Source of the DNA: Candidatus Fermentibacterota bacterium
GTDB lineage: Bacteria > Fermentibacterota > Fermentibacteria > Fermentibacterales > JCC-6
Assembly (NCBI GenBank): GCA_963845085.1
Contig: CAWJQI010000004.1
Coordinates: forward strand, 672,001-736,000
DNA: 64,000 bases
Reading direction: 5' to 3'
Shown here: piece after piece, positions 8,769-18,220 of the stretch
Numbering within the stretch: position 1 is the stretch's first letter
How the letters are laid out: each line of letters begins with the position of its first letter
Program-made: the position numbers and the translations under genes
Notes under the pieces: model-generated
Told to the model about the DNA's origin: nothing
The model's input: only the letters and a program-made list of their open reading frames with translations
The model's database searches: none

Positions 8769-10193
8769 TCAGTCACTCCGACCCCGCAGCCCCCGGAGGA
8801 CCCTGCCTGCATTCCTCAACGCCCGGCCGGGGTGGGAAACCAGGTCGCCCGCCCAGCTGCCGATGTTGGCGGGGCTTGTAAGCTTCCTGTAACTCCTGTA
8901 GCGCTCCATTTTTTTCTTCCAGCGTATCACATCTTCGACCGACAGGTACGGAAGGCGCATGTTCAACACCTCGCGCGCCCGGTTCCTGGCCGGGTCGAGA
9001 ACATCAGGGTCTGTGTCGTCGATGAGGTATCCGTTCTCCCTGGCCCAGTCGTGTATGTCCCTGCCTGGTATTGCAGTTGAGAAGTACACTACAATGTCGT
9101 CGGGCTTGAGCCGCCTGAGAAGGGAAAACGTTGCGGCAAGGTCCTCCTCCTTCTCCATGGGGCACCCGATCATCACCATGGCGGTGGCCTCAATTCCGGC
9201 GCTGTGGCAGAACCTGAAGGCCGCCTCCGCCTGCTCCGTCGTCGTCGTTTTCCTGTAGAAATCAAGGATCCTTCTGCTCCCGCTCTCCACACCGAATGAA
9301 ACGCAGTGGCAACCGCTCTCGGCCATCACTTCGGCCTTCCTCGCGGTTATGGAGTCAACACGGCTGGCGCAGTGCCATTTCAGTTTCAGACCCTCGGCCT
9401 TCAGCAGATCACGGAACTCTTCGAACCAGCCTGTGGGGTGGAGGGTGAGCGAGTCATCCTTGAAGAACACAGGCAGCATGTCGGTGTTTCTGAGCACAGC
9501 CAGCCCCTTCAGTTCAGCCACGATGCCCGACGCGCTCCTGAAGCGGATGCCTCCGCCGAATATCCTGTCGGTGCTTGGCTTGCAGTACATGCAGTTGTAT
9601 GGGCAGCCGCGGGAGGTAACCGCGCCGAACTCGCTCATGCCATTGGACAGATATGCATCGTAGTCAACCAGATCCCGCGCCGGGTGCGGAAGCGAGTCGA
9701 GGTCCTGCGGTACCGGCCTGCGCGGGTTCACGCGGATCCCGCCCGAACCGTCCCGGAAGACGAGGTTCTGGATGCCTGATGTGTCCCGGCCGGCTTCGAG
9801 CGAGTCTGCCAGCTCGACTATTGACGATTCGGCCTCGCCGGTCAGGACGAGGTCGAAGTTGATGAGGTCCATTGTCTTCTCCGGGAAGATGCTGGGATAG
9901 GCACCCCCGGCGAGGAACACAGCGCCGGGATTGACCGTGCGGAGATGGTCTGTCACAAGGGCGGAGCGACCCAGCTTTGCGGCGGATGAGATTGCCACGC
10001 CGATGAGATCGGCACTCCTTGCCTGTGAATCCAGCTGGTCGATTGAACTGCAGAAGGAATAGTCGAGGTAGGCAACCTCATGACCGGCGTTGCGCAGGCA
10101 GGCTGCGAGCTGCAGCAGTCCGAGCGGCTCGGCCAGCCCGTTGTACTCGACCCAGTCCCACCTGGGGTAAACCAGCGCAACCCTCAAGAACAC
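8769..10193 (-). CDS. Cobalamin-binding radical SAM protein
   Basis: N-terminal PLGLLQLAACL B12-binding domain; SRGCPYNCMYC; FGVESGS. Confidence 0.93.
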   Translation of the reverse strand: MFLRVALVYPRWDWVEYNGLAEPLGLLQLAACLRNAGHEVAYLDYSFCSSIDQLDSQARSADLIGVAISSAAKLGRSALVTDHLRTVNPGAVFLAGGAYPSIFPEKTMDLINFDLVLTGEAESSIVELADSLEAGRDTSGIQNLVFRDGSGGIRVNPRRPVPQDLDSLPHPARDLVDYDAYLSNGMSEFGAVTSRGCPYNCMYCKPSTDRIFGGGIRFRSASGIVAELKGLAVLRNTDMLPVFFKDDSLTLHPTGWFEEFRDLLKAEGLKLKWHCASRVDSITARKAEVMAESGCHCVSFGVESGSRRILDFYRKTTTTEQAEAAFRFCHSAGIEATAMVMIGCPMEKEEDLAATFSLLRRLKPDDIVVYFSTAIPGRDIHDWARENGYLIDDTDPDVLDPARNRAREVLNMRLPYLSVEDVIRWKKKMERYRSYRKLTSPANIGSWAGDLVSHPGRALRNAGRVLRGLRGRSD

Positions 10194-10390
10194 CCCCCAC
10201 GATAAGATGAATGTGACACCGCCCGCGGATACAAAGCACGATTGGAACGACCCTGGCGAATGATAACAGGATCATGGTTCCTCTATGCGACAATACCCGC
10301 CGGTTGTCTCATCCGTCAATGAGAATGGTATTCCGACGCGCACACTATTGTTTCATTGCGCAGAAGTTTTGCCGAATGCAAACAGAGCCC

Positions 10391-11431
10391 TCAGGGCCGC
10401 AACACCCTGATGGGTATGAACACGGACTGCGGCCCGTCGACGTACGAAGCAACACTGTACGACTGGAAATCGATCCCGAAACCGGCAATGCCCCCCAGGG
10501 GATCGGGAATTGGCATGAGGTCCGCGTAGTTGGCCCATTCAGGTCTGGCGGCTGACCTGATCCTATCCATGTCAGCCCCGGGACCGAGCACTTTCGCAAG
10601 GCTGTCGACTACCAGCGCCGACAGGCGGACAAGCTCTGTCGAATCCGCCAGCAGATCCCTTGCGCTGAGCGCCCTGTAGCACACAGTTCCGTCCGGACCC
10701 ATCTCCTCGCCGAACAGATGGTATTCGCTGCCTTCGTTGCAGTGCGCACCGCCGGTATAGTCCGACCAGAGGCATTCATAAGCCGCAAATCCGGAAGGCG
10801 AGGGGAGAGCATACATTCTGCCTTCCAGCTCCCAGTCGCTGTATCCGGTTTCCATTCCGTACAGGCGGTAACTTTCCAGGGCGCTTGATGCAAAATGGGC
10901 CTTCCACTCCGTGAATCGCTCGACAACAGCGTCCCTGAAGAAGTCCAGGCCGGGAGGCACATGCGGGCATACGAAGCAGAAGCGCCATCCGTGGCCCCAG
11001 CCCGCAATGAGTGTGTCGCTGTATTCGGTTGAACCGCCGGCCTGAAGGTAGTACCTGGGAAAAAGATGCATGGGCGGTTCGGGAGCGTTCGGATCCTGCC
11101 TTTGGTGCTCTGTGTTGTAGCGGTACCAGGAGCGCCTTTCCCGCTGGAAATACATTGTGGTCATGTTGTCACTGCAGTAAAGCCAGGCACGGTTGTCGTC
11201 ATCCCAAGCCCAGTACAGAGTATTCCCGCAGCTGAACTCAGGTTCATGCTCATGGTAAACCAGTGCACCTGTGGAATCGTAAATCATCACTGCCTGCATG
11301 TTTCCGAAGTCGTATACGTATTCCTCTGCGATCGTGAAGATGAACGCTCCGTCGGGGGAGGGCATTGGCATGACCTGATTCGGCATGATGGTGCCAAGAA
11401 ATACCATAGACAAGAATGAATACATGATCAT
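10391..11431 (-). CDS. Secreted protein with an RsiV/DUF3298-DUF4163-like C-terminal region
   Basis: Hydrophobic N-terminus. YTGGAHC and FQSYSVASYVDG resemble the YTGGAHG and FxxYxIAPYAxG motifs of that family. Confidence 0.55.
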   Translation of the reverse strand: MIMYSFLSMVFLGTIMPNQVMPMPSPDGAFIFTIAEEYVYDFGNMQAVMIYDSTGALVYHEHEPEFSCGNTLYWAWDDDNRAWLYCSDNMTTMYFQRERRSWYRYNTEHQRQDPNAPEPPMHLFPRYYLQAGGSTEYSDTLIAGWGHGWRFCFVCPHVPPGLDFFRDAVVERFTEWKAHFASSALESYRLYGMETGYSDWELEGRMYALPSPSGFAAYECLWSDYTGGAHCNEGSEYHLFGEEMGPDGTVCYRALSARDLLADSTELVRLSALVVDSLAKVLGPGADMDRIRSAARPEWANYADLMPIPDPLGGIAGFGIDFQSYSVASYVDGPQSVFIPIRVLRP

Positions 11432-11473
11432 CTCACCACAACCTCCGGCACTGGCGGTGTTTACCAACGGGAA

Positions 11474-11496
11474 GGGGCGGCCCCGAAGGCCGCCCC
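11474..11496 (-). terminator. GC-rich hairpin after the Omp28-like gene
   Basis: Inverted repeat ggggcggcc/ggccgcccc with a UUCG-containing loop on the minus strand; weak U tract. Confidence 0.6.
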
Positions 11497-11513
11497 CGAG
11501 AACTCCGTCGGCG

Positions 11514-12491
11514 CTATCTGATCAGAACGACCGGACGGCACTGGCTTACCCCCTGGGGGGATTCATGCCTGAGGATGTAAAGACCCGGAACTTCCGGCAT
11601 GAAGACTCCGCTGCCGGACCTGACGATCCGCATCGAATCGACAAGCCGGCCGTCCAGTGAGAACAGGCTGACCGTACCGTCGGCCGCTGTAAAGCTTATT
11701 GCGCCCTCGGCGGGCGAGTTGACGATGAAGGCGGAATTCGGGACCGGAGAGCCTTCCTCTTCGATGCCTGTAGTGATGATCTCGGAAAGCTTCACCATGC
11801 GCGAGTTGAGGATTTCATCGGTGGCGTTGCTCTGTACGAAAGTGGTGAGGTAGAGCTCTTCCCAGTCCCAGGAAGGGTTGATCGTGTAATCCGCGCTGAG
11901 TTCAATGGTTTCACCTGAAGACCCGAAATCCACAGCGGTGCCGTTGGCGCCGAACATGTTCCAGCGGAGGGCGTAGTTGAACTCGCTGCCGGTGTAGGTT
12001 CCCGTGCCGGGTATGCCGCACTCGTTGATTATGGCATGGATCGTGGCGTCGGTATCGATCCCGGTGTCGGTGGTCAGAGTGAAGGTGATGGTTCCCTCGG
12101 TTGGATCTGACTCGACCGAAGGGGTAAGAGTGATGTCGAGATGGCACGGAACCGCCATTCTCGTTTCGTAGTAACCGAGCATGGTGGACAGCGGCCATGC
12201 GTCGTAAAGGCCATCCACCATCACGGTCGGGTATGCGGTGATTCCGTAATAGCTCTTCCGTGCCGTGTTGTGGGTGGGATTGGCCTGGTAGACGGGATCC
12301 GTTGCGCTCGAGTTGTGGATCGCCACCAGTGACACGGTTCCTGGATGGCTGTCGAGAAACTGGGTGACAGTGACCTCACTGCCAGGACATGTCCCTCAGC
12401 CGTCCCATGTAAAAAACTCGAGCATTACTGCACGGTCAGCCGCAATGGCAAAAAGCGGCAATGCCAACAGCACGGCAAGGCAGAACTTCAT
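11514..12491 (-). CDS. Omp28-like thioredoxin-fold secreted selenoprotein (Sec32, UxxC) with T9SS-like CTD, 325 aa
   Basis: MKFCLAVLLALPLFAIAADRAVMLEFFTWDG-UGA-GTCPGSEV... is in frame with ORF 11514-12335. Signal peptide, RBS, YYGITAYPTVMVDG motif, and a C-terminal sorting-like domain. Confidence 0.88.
12366..12383 (-). promoter_or_regulatory. Candidate bacterial SECIS hairpin
   Basis: GGCAGUG-AGGU-CACUGUC, a 7-bp stem whose loop lies +20..+23 after the UGA at 12396-12398. Confidence 0.75.
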
Positions 12492-12526
12492 ATTCGTCCT
12501 CTTTTCATGAAACTTGCACACTTTTT

Positions 12527-12555
12527 AGTATTGTTTTGGCGCCGACGGCTGTCAA
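12527..12555 (-). promoter_or_regulatory. Sigma70-like promoter of the Omp28-like gene
   Basis: TTGACA-17 bp-AATACT on the minus strand. Confidence 0.55.
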
Positions 12556-12573
12556 GCCGCCGGCTCATGAATC

Positions 12574-12619
12574 TTGACGTTCGCCTGCACTCCCTCATAT
12601 TTCCTTACCGAACGGTCAG
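12574..12619 (+). promoter_or_regulatory. Promoter and probable TetR operator
   Basis: TTGACG-16 bp-CATATT followed by the imperfect palindrome CTTACCG-AA-CGGTCAG (12604-12619). Confidence 0.55.
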
Positions 12620-12630
12620 TCAGGGGGAGT

Positions 12631-13236
12631 ATGAACAACAGGGAGCGAATACTGAAGGTGGCGGAGGACCTTTTCTGCGAGAAGGGCTTCAGCGGCACCT
12701 CGATGAGCGAAATTGCCGAAAAGGCAGGTGTGGCCAAAAGCCTCATATATCATCACTTCGCTTCCAAGCAGGCCCTTTGGTCGGGAATCGTGCAGCGTTT
12801 TCATGAAGAGTCGGGCATCCTTGTGAAACTGAAGGACGCCCTCGCGGGAACCGATCCGGCGCAGATAATCGAAATGGTCAGCGGCCCCGGCGGATTCTTC
12901 GATTTTCTTCGGAACAACCCCCGCCTGGTCAGGCTGTTCTCATGGGTGAACCTGGACCGGGAGTTCGAGCCGGAGTACCCCGATGACATACTCAGGTGCG
13001 AAGTCGTTGAAAGCCTTCGACAGCATCAGGAGGCGGGGTGGATCCGGAAGGACATCGATGCAAGGATCATTCCCGTCGTCCTCCTTTCCGTCATGGTGAA
13101 CTGGTTCAGCTCGAAGTGGACCCTTTCAAAATGGTTCGACTCCGGCCTTTCCGACACTGAGATGGACAAGGCATACCTCAGCGGAGCCATGGAAATCCTT
13201 CTGAAGGGAATCGGCCCCGGTGCGCAACCCAGCTGA
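12631..13236 (+). CDS. TetR/AcrR family transcriptional regulator
   Basis: RERILKVAEDLFCEKGFSGTSMSEIAEKAGVAKSLIYHHFASK helix-turn-helix. Confidence 0.95.
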   Translation: MNNRERILKVAEDLFCEKGFSGTSMSEIAEKAGVAKSLIYHHFASKQALWSGIVQRFHEESGILVKLKDALAGTDPAQIIEMVSGPGGFFDFLRNNPRLVRLFSWVNLDREFEPEYPDDILRCEVVESLRQHQEAGWIRKDIDARIIPVVLLSVMVNWFSSKWTLSKWFDSGLSDTEMDKAYLSGAMEILLKGIGPGAQPS

Positions 13237-14287
13237 CCGCGGTCTGGCTGTTGCAGCCCTCATGCTCCTTCTCGCGTGCGGCAGTGGGGCGGACCGCGCT
13301 GAAAGAATCGTCACGGTTCGCACCGCCGTTCTCGAACACGGGCCGATCTCGTCCACCGTCATGCTGCCGTGCCGTCTGGAGGGCGCTGACGAGGCGGTCA
13401 TTTCCGTGCCGGAACCGGTCATGGTTTCGCGGGTGCTGGTTTCGGAGGGTGATCCCGTGATCGCCGGTGCGGTCATGGTCGAGCTTGAGACAGACATGGC
13501 CCGTTTCTCGGCAGTTTCCGCTGCGGCAGCGCGTGTTGCTGCTGCAACTGCGCTTCATGATTACTCGCTGGCCGGCCTTGAAAGGGCGTCTTCACTCCTC
13601 GATGCCGGAGCGATGTCGGAAAGTGGGCACGAGGCTGCACAGCAGCAGGAGGCTGCATCGGAAGCCGCCCTTCTGGCTGCGCGCTCGGGTTACGAACGGG
13701 CCGCTGCTGACGCCTCCACAGGAATTGTCCGGGCGCCGTTCAGCGGCACCGTCACACGTGTCTGGGCCAGACAGGGCAACCCGGCCTCAGGTGGTCTTGT
13801 GGCGATCTCGGGCGGTCGGACCGTCCAGGCGGAACTGCTTTTCCCGCCCGGAAGGCTGCCCTTTCTGAAAGCAGGCCTGCCGGTCTTTCTGCATGCGTCG
13901 ATATACCCCGGTGAGATCTTCCCCGGTGTCATAACCGAGGTCTCGCCATCGGTCGATCCGCTCTCGGGGCTTGTGGCGGCAAGGGCACAATTCCAGAACG
14001 AAGACCGCAGGCTTGCAGCAGGCCTTTCCGGCATTGCCGAAACAGCGCTCGAAACCTGCGACTCTGCACTGGTCCTTCCCCGGTCTTGCCTTGAGAGGAA
14101 TCCCGACGGAGGCTGGCGGGCGGCTGTCGTTGAAGGCGGGCGGGCTGTTTTCAGGAGCGTTGAGACTGGGCTGCAGAACGGTTTTCGCATGCAGATAACA
14201 TCGGGTTTGTCGGCCGGCGACAGCGTAATCGTCTTCGGCATAAACACGGTGCGCGAGGGCGACAGGGTGAGGGAGGCAGCCCGATGA
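13220..14287 (+). CDS. RND efflux membrane fusion (adaptor) lipoprotein
   Basis: LLAC lipobox, lipoyl-like VSEGDPV and VRAPFSGTV segments, alpha hairpin. Confidence 0.92.
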   Translation: MRNPADRGLAVAALMLLLACGSGADRAERIVTVRTAVLEHGPISSTVMLPCRLEGADEAVISVPEPVMVSRVLVSEGDPVIAGAVMVELETDMARFSAVSAAAARVAAATALHDYSLAGLERASSLLDAGAMSESGHEAAQQQEAASEAALLAARSGYERAAADASTGIVRAPFSGTVTRVWARQGNPASGGLVAISGGRTVQAELLFPPGRLPFLKAGLPVFLHASIYPGEIFPGVITEVSPSVDPLSGLVAARAQFQNEDRRLAAGLSGIAETALETCDSALVLPRSCLERNPDGGWRAAVVEGGRAVFRSVETGLQNGFRMQITSGLSAGDSVIVFGINTVREGDRVREAAR

Positions 14288-17200
14288 GTCTTCCCGGTCT
14301 GGCGGCAAGGCGCAGGATAACATTTCTGATGATCTTTCTGCTCATGGCCGGGGCCGGTCTGTTCGGCCTCTCGCAGATGGGAATCGACTACACGCCGGAG
14401 GTCGACCTTGGCGAGGTAATGGTCGTCACGGTCCTTCCCGGATCAGGCCCGGAGGAGGTTGAGAGCCTCGTCTCGAGGGTGATCGAGGATGCAATTTCAG
14501 GAGTCGAGGGTGTCGAGACGATCGAGTCTGACAGCAGGGCATCCATCAGCACGGTGACCGCGAAACTGACCCTTGGCGCCGACATTGACAGGGTTGAGCA
14601 GGACATCACCGATGCGGTGAACAGGGCCGGTTCACTGCTTCCAACAAGTTCCGTCGATCCGCGGGTGTTCGCCCTGGAGAGCAGCATGAAGCCCCTTGTG
14701 ATAGCAAACTTCTCGAGCGAAGTTTTGAGCTCCCCGGAGCTCAGGCGCCTGCTCGAGGACGAAGTACAGCCTGTGCTCGCAAGGGTGGAGGGCATCTCGA
14801 GCGCGGAGATCTCGGGCGGCGAGCAGAGGCAGATCAACGTCGAGGCCGATCCCGTTCAACTCTGGGAGAGAGGAATCACACTTTCGCAGGTATACGGGGC
14901 CCTGTCCGCGGTGCAGGCCGACCAGCCAGGCGGCGAGATCGACAGCGACGGACTTGTTGTGCCCCTGAGCGTTAGAAGCAGTTTCAACAGCCTCGACCAG
15001 ATCAGGAGGCTGGTCGTGGGGCGGCACGGCGGGGTTCCGGTCCTGCTTGGTGATGTTGCCACAGTCCAGGACGGATTCCTCGAGCAGACCGACATCACAA
15101 CCCTCAACGGCGTCAGTACGGTCCTGCTCGTCTTCAGGAAAAGCTCCGACGCAAACACCGTGAACACCTGCCAGGCATTGAAAGAATCCCTTGACAGGGT
15201 TGCACTTGCCTACGCCGGGCAATTCACCGTCGATGTTGTTTACAGCCAGGACGGGTACATCACTTCGTCGATGAACTCACTGGTGGAAACGGGCATCCAG
15301 GCGATCGCCCTGGCGGCCTTCGTACTCCTGTTGTTCCTTGGTTCTCCGGTGAATGCCGGCATCGTCAGCATCTCGATGCCGCTCAGCTTCATAACCACGT
15401 TCGCGCTGATGCGCCTGTTCGGGGTGAACCTGAACATCATGTCGCTCGCGGGGCTTTCCATCTCCATTGGCATGATCGTGGACAACTCGGTCGTGGTCCT
15501 CGAAAACATCCACAGGCTGCGCCGTGAAGGGGTTGGGACCCTTGAAGCGGCGGAAAAGGGAGCGTCACAGGTTGGAATGGCGGTTACGGCATCTACTCTC
15601 ACCACGGTGGCCGTCTTCATCCCGATGCTTTTCGTCAAGGGCACCACGGGCCAGGTCTTCAGGGACCTGTCCATAACCATCGCAAGTGCATTGTTCATAA
15701 GCCTTTTCGTCAGCATGACGCTGATCCCACTGCTCGCAGGAATGTCGCCCCGACTGGTAAAGGTACACCGTAAGGGGTCCCTGCTGCTCTCGGTTCAGAA
15801 CCGGATCGACGGCCTTGAGGGATTCTATGGAAAAGCTGCCGAATGGTGTCTCGGGCACAGGTTCAAAACCGTTGGTTCGCTTGTCCTTCTCTTCGCGGTC
15901 TCGGTGGTTCTCTCCAGGTCCATACCCGCATCATTCCTTCCCGACATCAGGGAAGGCACGATGAGCATCCTCGCATCGACACCTCCCGGCACGAACCTGC
16001 ACACGACTGACAGCATAGCAGGCGCGCTCGAGAACTCCATTCTGGCCTCAATAGCGGAAGGCGATCTTCGGTACTCAAGAATGACTGTAGGAAGGAGCGG
16101 CGGGCTTGCCGCGGCCTTTGGCTCCGATGCCCCGGGAAGGATAGACCTGAACCTGTACTTCGCCGATGAATCGTCCCTGCAAACCTCAATGGAAGGATAT
16201 GCCGAGACCGTGAGGGGCATACTCGAGGGCTTCCCGGGGCTTTCGTACAGCATCACTTCGGGCCAGCCGATAGGGAACGAGTTCCCGATACAAGTGGCCG
16301 TTTACGGCACCGACCTTGTCGAACTCGCGGAAAAGGGGGCGATCCTCAAGGAAGCGATGGAGGGCATCGGGGGAACCGTCGACCACACCTCTTCGCTGGA
16401 CGGGTGGGTCGACCGTATCGAGTTCGTGCCCGACCCGGCCGTACTGTCACAGCGCGGAACCAGCCCTGCACTTCTGGCCGCAGAGATCACCCTTGGGCTT
16501 CAGGGACTCGATGCATCCACCTACACCGAGGGCGGGACCCGGTACGACATCCATCTCAGCTACCCCTTGCGTGTCACGTCGAACCGCGAGCAGGTCATGG
16601 GGCTTCCCGCAGCAGGCGCTCCCCTTGAAAGCTGGGGCGAGTTCCGCACAAGCCAGGTCCCACAGAGGATCTGGCGAAGGGACAGAAGCAGAAGTGTGCT
16701 CGTTTCATGCAAGATCGACGGGCGGGCGCTTGGGGACGTGGGCGCCGACCTTGCCTCCCTGATGGACACCCTCGATCTGGGCGGAAGTCGTTGGGAGCTT
16801 CTGGGCGATATCCCCGACCAGCGGGAGGCGGCATCGAGCATGTCACTCGCCATCCTGGTGGCCGTAATCCTGGTCTTCATGGTCATGGCAAGCCAGTTCG
16901 AGTCGCTGCTTGAACCCTTCCTTCTGGTCTTCGAGATCCCGATGGCTTTCATCGGGGTGATCCTGATCCACCTGGCGACAGGAACCACCATGGGTCTTAC
17001 ATCGCTGGTGGGCATCCTGATGCTGTCGGGCATCGTGGTGAACAACGGCATTCTGCTCGTCGATTTTGCGAACCAGATAAGACGGGAAACAGGGCTTTCC
17101 CCCGAACAGGCCGTGCTTGAGGCGGGTAAAAAGCGTCTCAGACCCATCCTGATGACCGCCGGAACGACGATACTCGCCCTGGTCCCCCTCTCGATCGGCA

Positions 17201-17352
17201 CCGGCAGCAGTTCCGCGATGTGGTCGCCCATGGCGCTCTCCGTGATAGGAGGAATGATTGTTGCCACACCGCTCACCCTTCTCGTACTTCCGGTTCTCTA
17301 TGTGGCCCTTGACGGATGGCACTCGGGACGAAGGGCGGGCGGTCGTGCATAG
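14284..17352 (+). CDS. RND efflux transporter permease (AcrB/AcrD/AcrF family)
   Basis: 1022 aa; GMIVDNSVVVLENI, GIVVNNGILLVD and RLRPILMT motifs. Confidence 0.96.
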   Translation: MSLPGLAARRRITFLMIFLLMAGAGLFGLSQMGIDYTPEVDLGEVMVVTVLPGSGPEEVESLVSRVIEDAISGVEGVETIESDSRASISTVTAKLTLGADIDRVEQDITDAVNRAGSLLPTSSVDPRVFALESSMKPLVIANFSSEVLSSPELRRLLEDEVQPVLARVEGISSAEISGGEQRQINVEADPVQLWERGITLSQVYGALSAVQADQPGGEIDSDGLVVPLSVRSSFNSLDQIRRLVVGRHGGVPVLLGDVATVQDGFLEQTDITTLNGVSTVLLVFRKSSDANTVNTCQALKESLDRVALAYAGQFTVDVVYSQDGYITSSMNSLVETGIQAIALAAFVLLLFLGSPVNAGIVSISMPLSFITTFALMRLFGVNLNIMSLAGLSISIGMIVDNSVVVLENIHRLRREGVGTLEAAEKGASQVGMAVTASTLTTVAVFIPMLFVKGTTGQVFRDLSITIASALFISLFVSMTLIPLLAGMSPRLVKVHRKGSLLLSVQNRIDGLEGFYGKAAEWCLGHRFKTVGSLVLLFAVSVVLSRSIPASFLPDIREGTMSILASTPPGTNLHTTDSIAGALENSILASIAEGDLRYSRMTVGRSGGLAAAFGSDAPGRIDLNLYFADESSLQTSMEGYAETVRGILEGFPGLSYSITSGQPIGNEFPIQVAVYGTDLVELAEKGAILKEAMEGIGGTVDHTSSLDGWVDRIEFVPDPAVLSQRGTSPALLAAEITLGLQGLDASTYTEGGTRYDIHLSYPLRVTSNREQVMGLPAAGAPLESWGEFRTSQVPQRIWRRDRSRSVLVSCKIDGRALGDVGADLASLMDTLDLGGSRWELLGDIPDQREAASSMSLAILVAVILVFMVMASQFESLLEPFLLVFEIPMAFIGVILIHLATGTTMGLTSLVGILMLSGIVVNNGILLVDFANQIRRETGLSPEQAVLEAGKKRLRPILMTAGTTILALVPLSIGTGSSSAMWSPMALSVIGGMIVATPLTLLVLPVLYVALDGWHSGRRAGGRA

Positions 17353-18184
17353 AAGCAGAATCCTTTTGATCCTTCTCGCCCTGACTGCATGCGACAGGGC
17401 TGAGCCTGAGCAGGCCATTCCCGACCATGCAGAAAACTCCTCACCCGGTTTCGGCCCCGAGGTTTCAACAAGCGGTTGCACACGCCTCGAGGCCTCGAAC
17501 GAGGCGCTTCTCTTCGCAAGCGGACGGATCCTTTCAGTACTCGTCTCCGAAGGCGATACGGTTGCGGCAAACCAGACCCTTGTGGTTCTTTCAGGTGATC
17601 GGACCATGCAGACAACGGCGTCGGCGACGTCCCGCGCAGTTGAGGCGGCCACGCTCGCCCTCGGCAATGCCGAGGCCGAGTACGGAAGGTGTCTTGAGCT
17701 GTACGAGGCGGGAGCCATCAGCCTTCAGGCCCTGGAAGGCGCCGAGGCCGTACTGCGTTCGGCGGAGGCTGCAGGAAGCGAGGCAAGGGCCGCCGATGCG
17801 GGCGCCCGTGCAGGCGCAGTGGCCACGAGGGTCGAGGCTCCATTCGACGGGGTCGTGGGCAGGGTTTGGGCGCGGGTGGGGGATTCGGCAGGATCGGAAC
17901 CCGTTCTGATGATCACCGGGGGCTCCGGCTACAGGGCGCTTCTGCTTCTTCCGGAGCGCGAGATGGGTCGAATCGGGACCGGTGACAGGGCTGTATTCGC
18001 AACATCCGCACTGCCGGGGATGGTCTTTGAGGGGATCGTGGTCGCGGTTGCTGCGGCTCTTGACCCGGTGACCTGCCTGCTTCCCGTCACTGTTCGTTTC
18101 GAGGACCCCGAGGGTCTGATGGCTCCGGGTCTTTACGGAACGGTCACCGTTTTCCCGGGACCTGTCCCGCAGGGGGAGCGTTAG
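17345..18184 (+). CDS. Second, shorter RND adaptor lipoprotein
   Basis: LTAC lipobox; VSEGDTV and VEAPFDGVVG; ends after the beta-barrel domain. Confidence 0.88.
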   Translation: MHRSRILLILLALTACDRAEPEQAIPDHAENSSPGFGPEVSTSGCTRLEASNEALLFASGRILSVLVSEGDTVAANQTLVVLSGDRTMQTTASATSRAVEAATLALGNAEAEYGRCLELYEAGAISLQALEGAEAVLRSAEAAGSEARAADAGARAGAVATRVEAPFDGVVGRVWARVGDSAGSEPVLMITGGSGYRALLLLPEREMGRIGTGDRAVFATSALPGMVFEGIVVAVAAALDPVTCLLPVTVRFEDPEGLMAPGLYGTVTVFPGPVPQGER

Positions 18185-18220
18185 CGCAACGGCCGCTTCA
18201 TGCCCCGCGAAGCCGCAGAG

